A stretch of 64,000 bases of DNA from Octopus vulgaris (Eukaryota), in NCBI GenBank assembly GCA_951406725.2, contig OX597814.1, forward strand, positions 29,450,001-29,514,000, read 5' to 3'. Position 1 is the first letter of the stretch; each line of letters starts with the position of its first letter. Under the pieces are notes generated by a model. That model was given only the letters and a program-made list of their open reading frames with translations. It was not told the DNA's origin and did not search any database. Below are positions 1 to 13,305 of this stretch, in pieces. Position numbers and translations under genes: made by a program.

Positions 1-1150
1 AGAATATAAAATGGAATCCACAAAAATAGATTATAAGAAATTAACACCAAAGAAAATCCAGGAAGTAATATCAAGGACAAAGTCAACTGCAATTTCTTAT
101 AACCTATGCTAGTATAGAAGTCATCATCCTCATCGTTTAACGTCTGTTTTCCATGCTAGTATGGGTTGGATAGTTCGACCAAGGGCTGAGAAGCCAGGAG
201 ACTGCACCAAGCTCCTGTCTGATCTGGCGGTGTTTCTACAGCTGGATGCCCTTCCTAACGCCAACCACTCCATGAGTGTAATGGGTGCTTTTTACGTGCC
301 ACCGACACAGGTACCAGCGTGGGGTGTGGCAGCGGCCATGATCGGTTGGTGCTTTTTACGTGCCACCCGGCACAGGTACCAGAGGGGGGGGGCAGCGGCC
401 ATGATCGGTTGGTGCTTTTTACGTGCCACCGGTATAGACATTTAAAGGGTAATGATGATGATGGTTATAATATTACATTTGCAGTTCAGGCATACATATA
501 TGTGATTGGTTGTTTATACCATCAAACTCTGGATGGCTTTGAAGTTATTTTGTTTTCAGAGCTTATCAGTTTTCTAATGGAAGGTTTTAAGTGCCTACAT
601 TTAAATCAAATTGTACAGCATCTCACTGAACTATTCAGCTACCACTAACATAGTGTTTGTCCTAAACTGATAGTGTAGTATTTGTGTAGTAAATAAGGGC
701 TGTAATTGACAAAGTACTGACCTACTGGATAAAGGATGTTTAGACCCCATTACTCAATTTTCTAATTACAATGATGAATACCACCACCACCACCATCATT
801 TTTTTTATTTGTTGTTTAGTACCATGTCAGCACTGATCAAACAAGCTGTAATTAAGATAGTCATGACCATTGTGCCTTTTATCCAGACATAGTGTATCTA
901 GACTACCTTCATGTTGGCATTGTTTGGACAGAACTACAGAATAGCATATTTATGTGTGTCACTGTGTGATCCATCTTGCTAATATCTGATCTGATTCAGT
1001 TTTGTTTCAGCTCTTTCTGAGATTACCTTTATTCTGATCTGTTCTATACACTATCTGCCTTTAGTTTTTCTTTTGTTCTCGGTCTTGTTCCCACTCCACT
1101 TTTCTTCATCATTCCTCATAGGCTCACATTACCTCACAACACTTGATTTT

Positions 1151-1322
1151 TTATCATCATCACTTAACACCTGTTTTTCCATGCTAGCATGGTTTGGACA
1201 GTCTCAGCTTCTCAATCCTTCATCTGATGCACTCTGATTATCATCATCACTTAATACCTGTTTTTTCCATGCTAGCATGGTTTGGACAGTCTCAGCTTCT
1301 CAATCTTTCATCATCTGATGCA
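1151..1322 (+). repeat. About 88-bp tandem duplication including a SINE tail
   Basis: ttatcatcatcacttaa...catctgatgcac twice. Confidence 0.85.
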
Positions 1323-1846
1323 CACAAAAATTCATCAAACTTTGATGTGGTGTGTGTGTTTTTGGTATGGTTTTTTATGACTGGTTTTTAAGACCACCTT
1401 CTATATAACCTGGACTTCACCTAACATTATATCATTCATTCAAATGTCTTATACTATGGCTCTGTGTCACCAAAGTCTTGTGAGTGGATTTAGTTGACAG
1501 AGACTGGAAGAAGCCCATCGTGTGTGTGTGTATTTTGACATCATATGATTGTTGTAAATGAGCTTCACTGTCATACAAGCAGTATTCATTTCCAGTCTTC
1601 TACGAAAAACAAGTCTGGCTATGAGGAAATATTACCTTGCCTGGAAACAAGTGAGGTTTGACAACAGGTAGGGCATCCTACTACAACAAATTCTATCTGA
1701 CCCATGCAAGCATGGAAAAATGAGTATCAAATGAATGGATGATATAATGTGACTGCAACATGTGTAAGCATCTTTTCAGCATACACACGATTTTCCAACA
1801 TTCAGTACATTGTTATAACTTGGTGTGTATCTCTATTGTTTTCCAG

Positions 1847-1982
1847 AATGCAAGAGGATATTTGTCCTACCTGGACACCTCCATTGGTAGTAAAGTTTCA
1901 GCTATCAGAACTAATATGGGCCGTTTAAATGTTATGTGTCAGAATCCATCTAATGCTATTATACACCTCGGACATTCAAATG
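1847..1982 (+). CDS. WDR46: WDR46 exon ([46 protein letters not shown])
   Basis: ttccag acceptor at 1841-1846; G|gtaagg donor; 136 nt. Confidence 0.93.
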
Positions 1983-4900
1983 GTAAGGGCTCAAACTATT
2001 TAGTCCCTTTTTTTTTTAATTGCCCTGCACACATAAGTGAAAGCAGAGTATTGTAATCATTCGTCTTTGTCTGTGTGTTTGCTAAATTACTGGAAAACAA
2101 CTGAACGGATTTTCACTAAATTTGGCAGAAATACTCATTGGGTGGGTGGCTCGAAATGATGAAAATTTGATTTGATTATCTTCGAACATACATAAATATG
2201 CAACTGGGCATGTGTGTGTCTGAGTACAGTGATGGATTCAAGGGTTTTGTTTATTTACGAGTTGATTTCTTAATTTCCCTGGAGTATAAACACCTATAAT
2301 GGTGATACTTAAAAAAAAAAATCAGTTCAAGTAAAAAAACATGGGTAAGCAACATATTGTATGCCATACTATAATTTGCCAAAAAAAATTATGAGTGTGC
2401 TGGGTATGCGCCACTCATTTGATGCATTTCTTTTCATCATTGTTGTCGTCATTTAATGTCCGCTTTCCATGCTAGCATGGGTTGAACGATTCGAGTGAAG
2501 ACTGGAGAACCAGATGGCTGCACCAGGCTCCAGTCTGATCTGGCAGAGTTTCTACAGCTGGATGCCCTCCCTAACACTAACCACTCCGTGAGTGTGGTGG
2601 GTGCATTTACATGCCACCGGCACGAGAGCCAGTCAGGCAGTACTGGCAACGGCCACACTCAAGTGGTGTTTTTTTACGTGCCACCTGCACAGGAGCCAGT
2701 CCGGTGGCACTGGCAAACAAAGCATAGTACTATTTGTGAAATTTATGTTTAAAATACATTATTTTAAAAATAACTATATATTCGTGCCCTATTATAAATA
2801 TATATAGGGCCTCAAGGAAGCAATGACAGGTGATTGTGACCTTTACCAATTTGCTATGCTTTAAAAGACTCATCAAGCCTAATAAAATCATAGTTGTGGC
2901 TGTGCTGGTGACACATAAAAGGCATCCTCCAGGCAATAACAGAGGAATTCGAGACGGGCTGCCCCTGAGAGCTCCTCTATGCTAATGACCTTGCTCTAAT
3001 AACTGAGTCACTGCCAGAACTGATGATGAAGTTTAAGGTGTGGAAGCAAAGTCTAGAATTAAAGGGCCTTAGGGTTAACCTAGCAAAAACCAAAGTCTTA
3101 GTAAGTCGGAAAGCTGTCAAATCACAACCCCCTTCATGTAGATGGCCCTACTAGATCTGCAGAAAAGGCGTGGGTAGAAACTCCTTACGATGTACCCGGT
3201 GTAAGCTATGGACACATAAAAGGTGCAGCAATATCAAAGGAAGGTTAACCAGGAAAATAGTTTTTGTATGTGGCAGATGCACAGATTTAGTAAACACGGA
3301 AGATGTACAGAAAATAGATTCCATCACATGTCAGAGGGAAAAACTAGAAGTAGTTAATAGCTTCTACTACCTAGGCGACCAAATCTGTAGTGGGGGTGGT
3401 TGCTCTGAGAGTGTAGCAACTAGAGTAAGAAGAGCCTGAGCAAAGTTCAGGGAACTCCTACCTCTGCTGGCAACTAAGGGCTTCAGGGTGAAAGGTAGAC
3501 TGTATGAAGCATGTGTGCGAACTGCCATGCTACATGGCAGTGAAACATGGGCCATGAATGCTGAGGACATGCATAGGCACATTGAGGCCATGCAGGTTAA
3601 TTTTATTTTACTGACCCTGAAATGATGAAAGGTCAAGTACCAGTCCAGAGCAATGGACTGACAGAATTGTTAGAGCATCAAACAAAATGCTTTATGTTAT
3701 TTCTAGCTCTTTACTCTCTGAGTCCCAACAATTGTGAAAAATTTCTCTGTATATAGCTGCCAAGATGGTGCCCTATAAAAAAATACCACTCTTTCTATTC
3801 TAAAAAATTCCATGACAAACACAAAGCACTTGAGAATCCACCTGCGTCATTTGTTGATTTGATAGCAGAGAAAGAAAGACATTTAGTTATTTGTGAACAT
3901 TTAAATAGCACCTTATTTATGTCATGACCTGATTTTGATGATGAGGCACTTTTTAGCTTACTGACCTCATAGATCATGAGTTCAAACCATACAAGAGCAA
4001 TAGTATTCTGACCTTTCATAAATAACTTATGCTTGTTTTCCTCAGTCTGCCTGGCTGACATCAGATTCTTACTGACTTTATATACTTGCGTAATTAATAA
4101 TAGAAAGTGTATTTATCCACTTTTCATGCCATATTTTCAATTTGTGTTCCTATGTTTTAATTCTTGTTTGTGATTCACATTAATCTTGCAGGAACCGTAA
4201 CACTGTGGTCACCAAATGCAAAAGATTATTTAGTCAAAATGTTGTGCCATAAATCTAATGTACGGTCAATAGCTGTGGACCAACGGGGTTTGTACGTATC
4301 TTTTTAAAATCCTATTACGCTTTATTGTGCTAAAAATACTTCTCTTTTGAAAAGACACATAGCATAGTTTCTCTGAACTTTCCTGGCATACTCCCACATA
4401 CACTTGCGTCAGAAATTAATTAGCACTTCTGAAATTTCTACATTAAATAGGTTAAATCAATTAACCTATGAGCTGTTCAAAACGTCTTACGCGATGAGAA
4501 AACTTAGTATGGTGTGATTTCGGTCCTTGCGAGGCGCTACCTATATCTATTAAACAAAGGAAGACAAGATGTTTGTGTCTGCAAACAAAGTTACGTCATC
4601 GTTCTGCGCAACAGTGAACTCGCAACAAAGCAATAGTTCGAGATATGGCCACTAGGTGACAGCACATACCTTGAGTGAACAGCAAATCAAGGGTGCTAAT
4701 TAATTTCTGACGGTTGTGTACATAAGTAATTAAGCAGTTTTCCAAAGACTAGCCTGCCTCTTCATCTCCAATCAGTTACTGATCCTCTTTAAAGCTCAAG
4801 CTAGACCCACAATAGTCCTACCCTTATGTTTGTGATGACATTGCTGCTAGACACAAACATCTTGGACCATAATCCAGAAGAAAGCCGTCATCATTGTCAT

Positions 4901-7900
4901 CTCCTTATTTAATCCAGTTATATCCAGCCCAAATATTTTCCCTGTTTTATGTTCAAAATGTCGAGATCTGGCATTTTACACATATCCTACAATCTCATTC
5001 TAAAAATATACGATAACAGTATTGAAATCTGAAAGCTACAAGGTAATTTATGATTAATTCAAAACTGTGAATAAATAAGTATTACATTTGACAGAGCACT
5101 CTGAATGCTAAAGGGTTAACATTCATTTGTCAAACCCATGCTAGAATAAGTTTGACAAATATACAATGGGTTTCCATACAGTTTCTGACAAATTCCACTT
5201 TCAACGCAAATTGTTCAAGTCAGGACTATAAAACTTCATGCCTCTTAAGTTCACCATCATCAGTTCACCATAAGGAATGATCATTGTGATGAAGTTTACA
5301 GAGAGATAAGTTCACAGTAAAAGAATTAAAAAATCCTTGTTTTCGAACTCTAAAGTTCATGGTGAATTGATGCCAGTGAACTTAATTCTAATCATAATAC
5401 TTACCCAAAGTTCCAGTTAGTGGGGTCAAACCAAGAACCACATGGTTGCAGAGTGAACATCTTAACCACGCAGCCTATGTTTGCACCTCGACATTAGCTC
5501 ACAGGGCCACATCAGCCATCAAGCATCCTTCTAGCAGATCCCAGTGGTCTTCCTTGCCTTACTGGCATGTGAAAGAAAATTCAAGCGAAGTCGTTGCCAG
5601 TACCGCCTGACTGGCCCTCAAGCTGATGGCATGTAAAAGCACCCACTACACTCTCGGAGTGGTTGGCGTTAGGAAGGGCATCCAGCTGTAGAAACTCTGC
5701 CAGTTCAAGATTGGAGCCTGGTGCAGCCATATAGTTTGCCAGTCCTCAGTCAAATCGTCCAACCCATGCTAGCATGGAAAGCAGATGTTAAATGATGATG
5801 ATGATATAAATTTTTCTTTAATTGTCTTTTGTTTTTTATTTTTGGGATGGCCCCTAAAAAAAATCCAGATTTTGGATCTGGCCTAGATATTAAAACCACT
5901 GCTTTAAATATTCCTCTTTGTGCTGATTTTATAACAATTTGAACATTTTATTACTTCCTAGTGTAATATCTTAACTGTGTTAATTAATTTGTGACTATCT
6001 TCATCAGTATTTTCAAGTTATTTTTTATCTGACAGATTTTCCTTAATTCACTTTTTAAGCCTCGTTTATTACTGTTCATATTATTTTAACATGTGTCCAT
6101 TGTCTGGAAATCTTTCGTCACACATCTGTGACCCCTCCAGCGACTTACTCAATGGAGTAAGTGAAGCAAGAACACACACAGAAATGAAAAGTGTCGCTGA
6201 AGAGGTCATAGATGCATGACAAAAGATTTCCGGACAATGGACTGATATTAAATTTATAAGAACAGTAATAATAAAGTCCCAAAATGTTAATTAGTTTCAA
6301 ATGCCATTTAGTCTGAACTTTTAACTTCCTTCCCTACTTTTTTTTTTTTATACCTCACTGGTAATGTAATGTTGTGAAGTAAGTGGAATATAAACAGTAT
6401 GATGCGAACATTCTTTCTATCTTAGTTATATATATACTTCTGAATTTAATTTCCTTTATTTTTTATTTTTTTATTTTTTTATTGCCCACAAGGGGCTAAA
6501 CATAGAGGGGACGAACAAGGACAGACACACGGATTAAGTCGATTATATTGACCCCAGTGCGTAACTGGTACTTAATTTATCGACCCCGAAAGGATGAAAG
6601 GCAAAGTCGACCTCGGTGGAATTTGAACTCGTAACGTAACAGCAGACAAAATACGGCTATGCATTTCGCCCAGCGTGCTAACGTTTCTGCCAGCTCGCCG
6701 CCTTAATTTCCTTTATTTTTAATTAATTATATACATGACAGTTTTGTAACACACTTTCTGTAAAGGATTAAAGTATTATTCACTAACAGCTTTCACTTCA
6801 CCTAAACCCTTTACTCCCTATGAATTAGAGGCCATCAACCACATTTCTTTATTGTTTTCAACTCTAGGCTGTCTTTCTCCCAGATCTTGATGGTTTAGAA
6901 ATGTCTTCAGTTCTTCTGTAACTTTACTTAATTTCAGTTAGGGTTGTTGGTCTTAAGCAAACCCATTTTTAACTCTTATAGGAAAAGTGGTCCTTATTCG
7001 TATGGCTTCTGTCCTTTGATCTGACCAGCTTAGGAATTCCTGTCTGAAGCTTACGCTCTGCTGGCATAGTTTCCAGGGTCATTGAGGCAGTCAAGCCACC
7101 CCATCACAACAAGGACAGGACATTGTGGCGGATGAATAAATTATTGCTATGATATTCTTTCACATCACTATTCACCCACAATAATTCTTACCTTTCACTG
7201 ATAAATTAATTTATATATCTTTGAAAAATGTTCTTATCATCTACTTCTTTAAAGTATTTTTTTAAAAAATGTATATTTACAAAATAATCATTTTAAAATT
7301 TTTTATAGATACCTAGCTACATCTGGAGATGACAGTCATTTGAAAATATGGGATCTTCGTACCTACCAAATGCTACAGTCTTACCGAATAGATAGTGGTG
7401 CCAATTGTTTGTCTTTCAGTCAACGCGATATGCTTGCAGCTGGCATTGGCAATGTCGTACAGGTTAGTTGTGGTTTTTATTTTTAAATCAGGAGGTGGGG
7501 GTGGGCAGTGCTCATGACATTTGTTCAGGGCCTCCAAGACTAATGGGAAGGAGGAAGGTATCCTCAAACCAGAGACTTGGTTTCAATGCTTGCAACAGAC
7601 TGGTTTTTTTTTTGTAAAGGCACCCAAAGTGCCAGGTCATTATGTCTAGTATTAAACTCAGCAATGTATTAAGTCTACCACTCATGTGTGTCATGGCAAG
7701 ATTTGAACTTAGAACCTGCAGATTATGAAGAGCTTGAACAAATATGGATAACTGCATTTTTTAAAATTTTGAAATTTTTTTTGGCTGTTTGCCAGCACCG
7801 TCTGGCACCTGTGCGGGTGGCATGTAAAAAGCACCCACTACACTCGCGGAGTGGTTGGCGTTAGGAAGGGCATCCAGCCGTAGAAACACTGCCAGATCAG

Positions 7901-10900
7901 ACTGGGCCTGATGCAGCCTTCTGGCTTCACAGACCCCAGTTGAACCGTCCAACCCATGCTAGCATGGAAAGTGGACACTAAATGATGACGATGATATTGT
8001 TTTGTAAAGGTATGCAATATGTTTAATGTCTTCAAATTGTTTTTTTAGATATTTGATAACTGCTGTTCTCGAACAGTAAACAGTCCATACTTATTTCATA
8101 AACTGTCTGGAAGAGTGCACAGTGCAAAATTTTGTCCTTATGAAGATGTACTTGGTGTTGGCTATGAAAAAGGATTTCAGAGTCTGCTTATTCCTGGTGA
8201 GTAAATTCATCTATTATCAATTGATTTAGCACACAATTTAATATATTTTTTGCTAGGAGCAGCTCTGTAATGTAAACATCATCACTTTTAGGCTGCAGTA
8301 TTTTATCCAGGGAGGATCCCTTTAAAGACGTAGAATGTTAAAAAAACATACTGTCATCTGATCAATACAAGCATGGAAAACTAAATGTTAAAATGATTAT
8401 GATGTCTCACTATTCTGTGCATTTCTTTCTTTTAGGTTCTGGTGAGCCATGTTTTGATGCTCTTGAAGCAAATCCATATCAATCCAAAGAACAACGTCAA
8501 GAAACAGAAGTGAAAATGTTACTTGATAAGGTAAATATTTCCCAGAATATCTGATTTTTCAATAATTATTTTCTTATACTGTTGTGTCTGGGGAGAGTCA
8601 TTTTCTTTTAGTGCCTTATTATTTAACACACTCACCGGTAAAATTTCCACTTTTTTTCTTATTTTTATTTTCCTAAAATTTTCGTTGCGTGTTGCAACCT
8701 TTTCAATAGTTTTGACTCTCTTCAACACACGAATTCATATAAAGAATATTGCAAACCAAATATTTTCTTATATTTATCTTGACATTACTATACAAATAAT
8801 CCTGTTATTTTTAAACTACAAGTAATTTTAATTAATTTAATTTTATACTCTTGACACTATATTCTTAAATTAACCATCTTTGAAGTAGCCTTTCGTGTAT
8901 TATTGAATTATCCACAAATAATTTTGAAATATTTTTGTCTCGTTTTCCATAGATTCAACCTGATATGATAAGTCTGGATAATCGAAGGATACTTAAACCA
9001 AATTATGGAAGCATTTCTGGCATCATGGAAGAAAAGAATAAACAAGCCTTTAGAGTATGTGTGCTATTCATGTATTACCATTTTTTTATTGAATTTTATG
9101 AATTTTATTTTTATTTAGGTTTAGGGTTTAATAGTTTTCACTCACAGTTTTGTTGTTTTGAAATATATCTCTGCCAACTCGGTCTTATACAATACAGGTT
9201 GCAAATGGTACAGCTACCATAGAAGATTTCAAGCATTTAGAAATTATGCTTATATTTTCAAATCAATCATTCTATCTTTGAAAAATAAAAGAAGATAATC
9301 AGAGTTGATTTTAAGTGAAGGTATCATATTTGATTACATTTTTTTTTTTTCTCAACAAAATGTCTCAGAAAATCACCCAGAGTCCTTTGTGTGAAGTTTA
9401 AGATAATCAGAGTTGATTTTAAGTGAAGGTATCATATTTGATTGCATTTTTTTTTTCTCAACAAAATGTCTCAGAAAATCACCCGGAGTCCTTTGTGTGA
9501 AGTTTGGCTGCCCATAAGCAAATTTTGTCGTTGATGGTGATGTGCTGCTGAAATTGGAGTGCACCTAATATGCCTGCATGTCTTTTATGCCATCAAATAT
9601 GGTAGATAATTGCTTTTTTAAGTATGGATGCATAACCAACAAGGATGATGTGGAAAATAAATTACATTTACTATAGTGTAATTTGTGGAGGCACATGGCC
9701 TAGTGGTTAGAATAGCGGACTTGCAGTCAAGGGATCGCGGGTTCGAATCTCAGACTGGGTGATGTGTGTGTTTATGAGCGAAACACCTAAGCTCCACGTG
9801 GCTCTGGTAGAAGGTAATGGCGAACTTCTGATGACTCTTTTGCCACAACTTTCTCTCACTCTTTTCCTCCTGCATCATGCAGCTCACCTGCGATGGACCG
9901 GCATCCTGTCCAGGTGGGGAACCTATACGCCAAGGAAACCGGGAAACCGGCCCTTTTGAACCAGGCGTGGCTCGAGAAGGAACAATATATATATATATGT
10001 ATATAATGTTATTTAATGAAATGGCATGACTGGTCTATCTTCCTCTAGTCACTATTGTGTCATCATAGACACAACACACTGGTTGTGAGTTGGTCTCTGA
10101 CCCATCTAGTCATGATATACTTGTAAATGAGATGTCTTACACACAAACACTATGTATCTGCCCATATGTTAGTGTGTGTTTTTCTTATTTTTTAAAAATC
10201 GTCACTCAAGTTGCGGCTACTATGTTTTGCTTTAGGTATATGGAGATATAGGAGTGGTTAGTGACGAGATCGAGTGTTACACAAAATGCCTTGTAGTTTG
10301 CAGTTACGTCCCTTTAATGTTCACATTTCTAATCCTCCCGGCGATCTCGTTATTTTTCGCTCTTCTGGCCACCGGTGAAATGTGTACCTTTGTGCTTACA
10401 TTAGAAATCAATGTGATATGAAAAAAAGAATTTTTCTGAAACTTGAAGAATTTATTAGGTATTGGAACACTGTCTAAATTATTAATCACATATCTATTAA
10501 AGCGTATTTTTAATAAAAATATATTCCTTTGTTTACTTCCGTCATTCCGATTGAAACTATATTCATGTATCACATAATTTCAAACTCAAGTGGTTGTTAA
10601 GGACGTCACCTGAATTAATCAAATATGTATTTCCTGGCCAAAACACTTAATACTTAGTGTAAGTATCATATGGCAATTATTATCACGAGGTGTGCAGTTG
10701 TTGTGCTAAACCTGCTCTTCTTGTATTAGATTTCAACACAAATTACCATAAGCTAACATCATGATGTCTGCACCTAATCACGTAGGCATGGCTGTTTAAA
10801 AAGCTCATTTCTCAACCACGTGGTTTCAAGTTTGATCTCATAGTGTGGAACGTTGGGCAAAGTCTTCTGTGGCATCGTGCCTTTTTTTTTGTTTCTGTTT

Positions 10901-13305
10901 TCAGATCATAGGCTGTCCACATGACATCAAAACAAGGAGACATGGTTAGGAAGCAAACTTCGTAACCACACAGCCCCACCTTTCATCATCATCATCATCG
11001 TTTAACGTCCGCTTTCCATGCTAGCATGGGTTGGACGATTTGACTGAGGGCTGGCGAACCAGATGGCTGCATCAGGCTCCAATCTTGATCTGGCCGAGTT
11101 TCTACAGCTGGATGCCCTTCCTAACGCCAACTACTCCGAGAGTGTAGTGGGTGTTTTTATGTGCCACTGGCACGGGGCCAGTCAAGCTGTACTGGCAACG
11201 ACCTTGCTTGAATCTTTTACACATGCCACTGGCACAGGTGCCACTAAGGCGTTGCTGGTAATGATCAAACAATCACGCTCGGATGGTGTCTTTTACATGC
11301 CACCAGCACGGAGGCCAGATAGCCACTCTGGCAACGATCACGCTCGGATGGTGCTCTTAACACCCTACTAGCACGGGGCTCGAGTGCCATATATATAATA
11401 ATAATAAAGGATAAAACTTAAAGATTTTATCAGTGGCCAGCATATAATATAGACCTATTAAGGTGAATTCATGAGATTTATAATAGTATAAAAGATAATT
11501 ATAATTAAGAGCATAGAAGAGACTATGCCTATGCTGAAAATAGATGCTAAATCATCAAACCACTTAAGAATTATCCCTTTTACAGTACTGGTGTCTATTT
11601 TCAGCATAGGCAGTCTTTTCTATGCCCTTAATTATAATTGTATTTTTTACAATTATAATCTCTCTCTCTCAATATATATATATATATATATTTATTTATT
11701 TCGTTTTTGGATTTGGTTTGCAAGATTCTCTATATGAGTTCATGTGTTGAAGCATATTCTATTGTGTCTGGGGAGAGTCATTTTCTTTTTGTGCCTTATT
11801 ATGTAACACATTCACCGGTAAAATTTCCACGTTTTTCTTATTTTTATTGTCCTAAAATTTTCATTGCATCTTGCAACCTTTTCGATAGCTTTGGTTGCAA
11901 GATGCAACGAAAATTTTAGGGCAATAAAAATAAGAAAAACGTGGAAATTTTACCGGTGAGTGTGCAACCAAAACTATCGAAAAGGTTGCAAGACACAATG
12001 AAAATTTTAGGACAATAAAAATAAGAAAAATGCAGAAATTTTACTGGTGAGTGTGTTACATAATAAGGCACAAAAAGAAAATGACTCTCCCCAGACACAT
12101 ATATATATATTTATATATATATATACACACACTACTCACACACAACAGATTTCTTTCTGTTTCTGTCTATCAAATCCACTCAAGGCTTTAGTCAGCCCAG
12201 GACTATGTAATAGAAGACACTTGCCCAGCTGTGATGCAGTGGTACTGAACCTGAAACCACACAATTGGGATTCAAGTTTCTTAACCACAAAGCCATACCT
12301 GCTCCCACCCATGCATGATGATTAAATTGTTGTTATGTGGTATTGATGTTGTAACCAGTTTAATTATGCTCCCTACAAGACCACAACTTATGGTTTAGCA
12401 TTGAGAAGTATTCTTCCTGCTGTTAGAGTTCTTACTTTGCACTGAGGACTTTCTGAATAATTCTTGCTGAACCAACTAGGCAGTATTCTGCACTGCACCC
12501 ATTTCCACATTGAGATCTTTTTGTTCACTTTCTGTGCATTATTCTATGTACTGTTCATTACATACTTGGCTACTTTTCCTGTGGAGGCGCAATGGCCCAG
12601 TGGTTAGGGCAGCGGACTCGCGGTCGTAGGATTGCGGTTTCGATTCCCAGACCGGGCGTTGTGAGTGTTTATTGAGCGAAAACACCTAAAAGCTCCACGA
12701 GGCTCCGGCAGGGGATGGTGGTGATCCCTGCTGTACTCTTTCACCACAACTCTCTCTCACTCTTACTTCCTGTTTCTGTTGTACCTGTATTTCAAAGGGC
12801 CGGCCTTGTCACTCTCTGTGTCATGCTGAATATCCCCGAGAACTACGTTAAGGGTACACGTGTCTGTGGAGTGCTCAGCCACTTACACGGTAATTTCACG
12901 AGCAGGCTGTTCCGTTGATTCGGTTCAACCGGAACCCTCATTGTCGGAACCGACGGAGTGCTTCCATCAGCTACTTTTCCTAATGTGTTGAAGTGCACCT
13001 GAGCACTGTATACAATAAGTTCGTTATATATTATTACTGTTGTTGGTGGGGGTGGGTGCTGCAGATGGCACTACTTTGTGCCTGTGTAGAAATTATTATT
13101 ACTATTATATGCATTTTTTTCTCTCTATTTCTAGGCTCCAGGAAAACTTGTTAAATTAAAGCAAAACGCGAAACATAGCAAGAAAACTGACAAAGTGATT
13201 AGAAGGACGAGAGCCATCAAAGAAGAAGGTAAAAGGAAAACACGCAAAGAGGAAATGATGGAGCAAAAGGAAAAAGAATGGAGAGAGAAATATTCTAAAG
13301 AATAA
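1847..13305 (+). CDS. WDR46: WD repeat-containing protein 46 (UTP7/BING4 homolog, SSU processome); 5'-partial, 7 coding exons in window: 1847-1982, 4192-4291, 7309-7462, 8049-8196, 8436-8530, 8953-9054, 13135-13305
   Basis: Exons splice in frame at GT-AG sites. The translation ...[11 protein letters not shown]...[22 protein letters not shown]...KMLCH...YLATSG...LKIWDLR...[11 protein letters not shown]...[16 protein letters not shown]...[13 protein letters not shown] matches the WDR46/Utp7 WD40 and BING4CT region as I recall it. Confidence 0.95.
2939..3590 (+). mobile_element. RTE-clade LINE ORF2 fragment (RT C-terminal region), decayed
   Basis: Translates with stops to [10 protein letters not shown] (YADD-like)...[11 protein letters not shown]...[12 protein letters not shown]...VCGRC...[11 protein letters not shown]...[19 protein letters not shown]. 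Confidence 0.9.
4192..4291 (+). CDS. WDR46: WDR46 exon ([34 protein letters not shown])
   Basis: ttgcag acceptor; gtacgt donor; 100 nt; phase matches both neighbours. Confidence 0.93.
4401..4718. mobile_element. Tc1/mariner-type MITE
   Basis: 26-bp TIRs CAC(TTG/AAC)CGTCAGAAATTAATTAGCAC, flanked by TA on both sides. Confidence 0.85.
6464..6702 (-). mobile_element. tRNA-derived SINE (ggcggcgagctggcagaa family)
   Basis: A/B-box-like head, central gcctttcatcctttcggggtcgataaa domain; about 18-bp TSD ttaatttcctttattttt. Confidence 0.88.
7309..7462 (+). CDS. WDR46: WDR46 exon ([51 protein letters not shown])
   Basis: ttatag acceptor; CAG|gttagt donor; 154 nt; WD motif IWDLR. Confidence 0.93.
8049..8196 (+). 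CDS. WDR46: WDR46 exon ([50 protein letters not shown])
   Basis: ttttag acceptor; G|gtgagt donor; 148 nt; conserved [11 protein letters not shown]. Confidence 0.93.
8436..8530 (+). CDS. WDR46: WDR46 exon ([31 protein letters not shown])
   Basis: ttttag acceptor; AAG|gtaaat donor; 95 nt; BING4CT motif. Confidence 0.93.
8953..9054 (+). CDS. WDR46: WDR46 exon ([34 protein letters not shown])
   Basis: ccatag acceptor; AGA|gtatgt donor; 102 nt; I-P-(D/E)-(M/L)-I-x-L-D motif. Confidence 0.88.
9292..9505 (+). repeat. About 107-bp tandem duplication
   Basis: aagataatcagagttgattttaagtgaagg...ctttgtgtgaagttt twice, with few differences. Confidence 0.9.
11695..12098. repeat. Inverted/palindromic arrangement of a dispersed AT-rich element (other loci: 8578-8762, 34326-34617, 36296-36497)
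   Basis: tgtctggggagagtcattttc... and its reverse complement ...gaaaatgactctccccagaca bracket nested inverted segments. Confidence 0.85.
12581..12969 (+). mobile_element. tRNA-derived SINE (gtggaggcgcaatggcccagtggttaggg head); same head at about 9685, 13676 and 33685
   Basis: A box tggcccagtgg, B box ggtttcgattccc; 12-bp TSD gctacttttcct at 12569-12580 and 12970-12981. Confidence 0.9.
13135..13305 (+). CDS. WDR46: WDR46 probable last coding exon (K/R/E-rich tail, TAA stop)
   Basis: Polypyrimidine tract plus ctag acceptor; open phase-0 frame [24 protein letters not shown]...KYSKE*; AATAAA overlaps the stop (13301-13306). Confidence 0.75.
   Translation, partial: APGKLVKLKQNAKHSKKTDKVIRRTRAIKEEGKRKTRKEEMMEQKEKEWREKYSKE

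Noticed and set aside
12583-12655. tRNA-like sequence (also at about 9687, 33687, 26855)
   Set aside because: It is the head of a TSD-flanked SINE; the acceptor stem is imperfect and there is no oligo-T terminator, so it is not called as a tRNA gene
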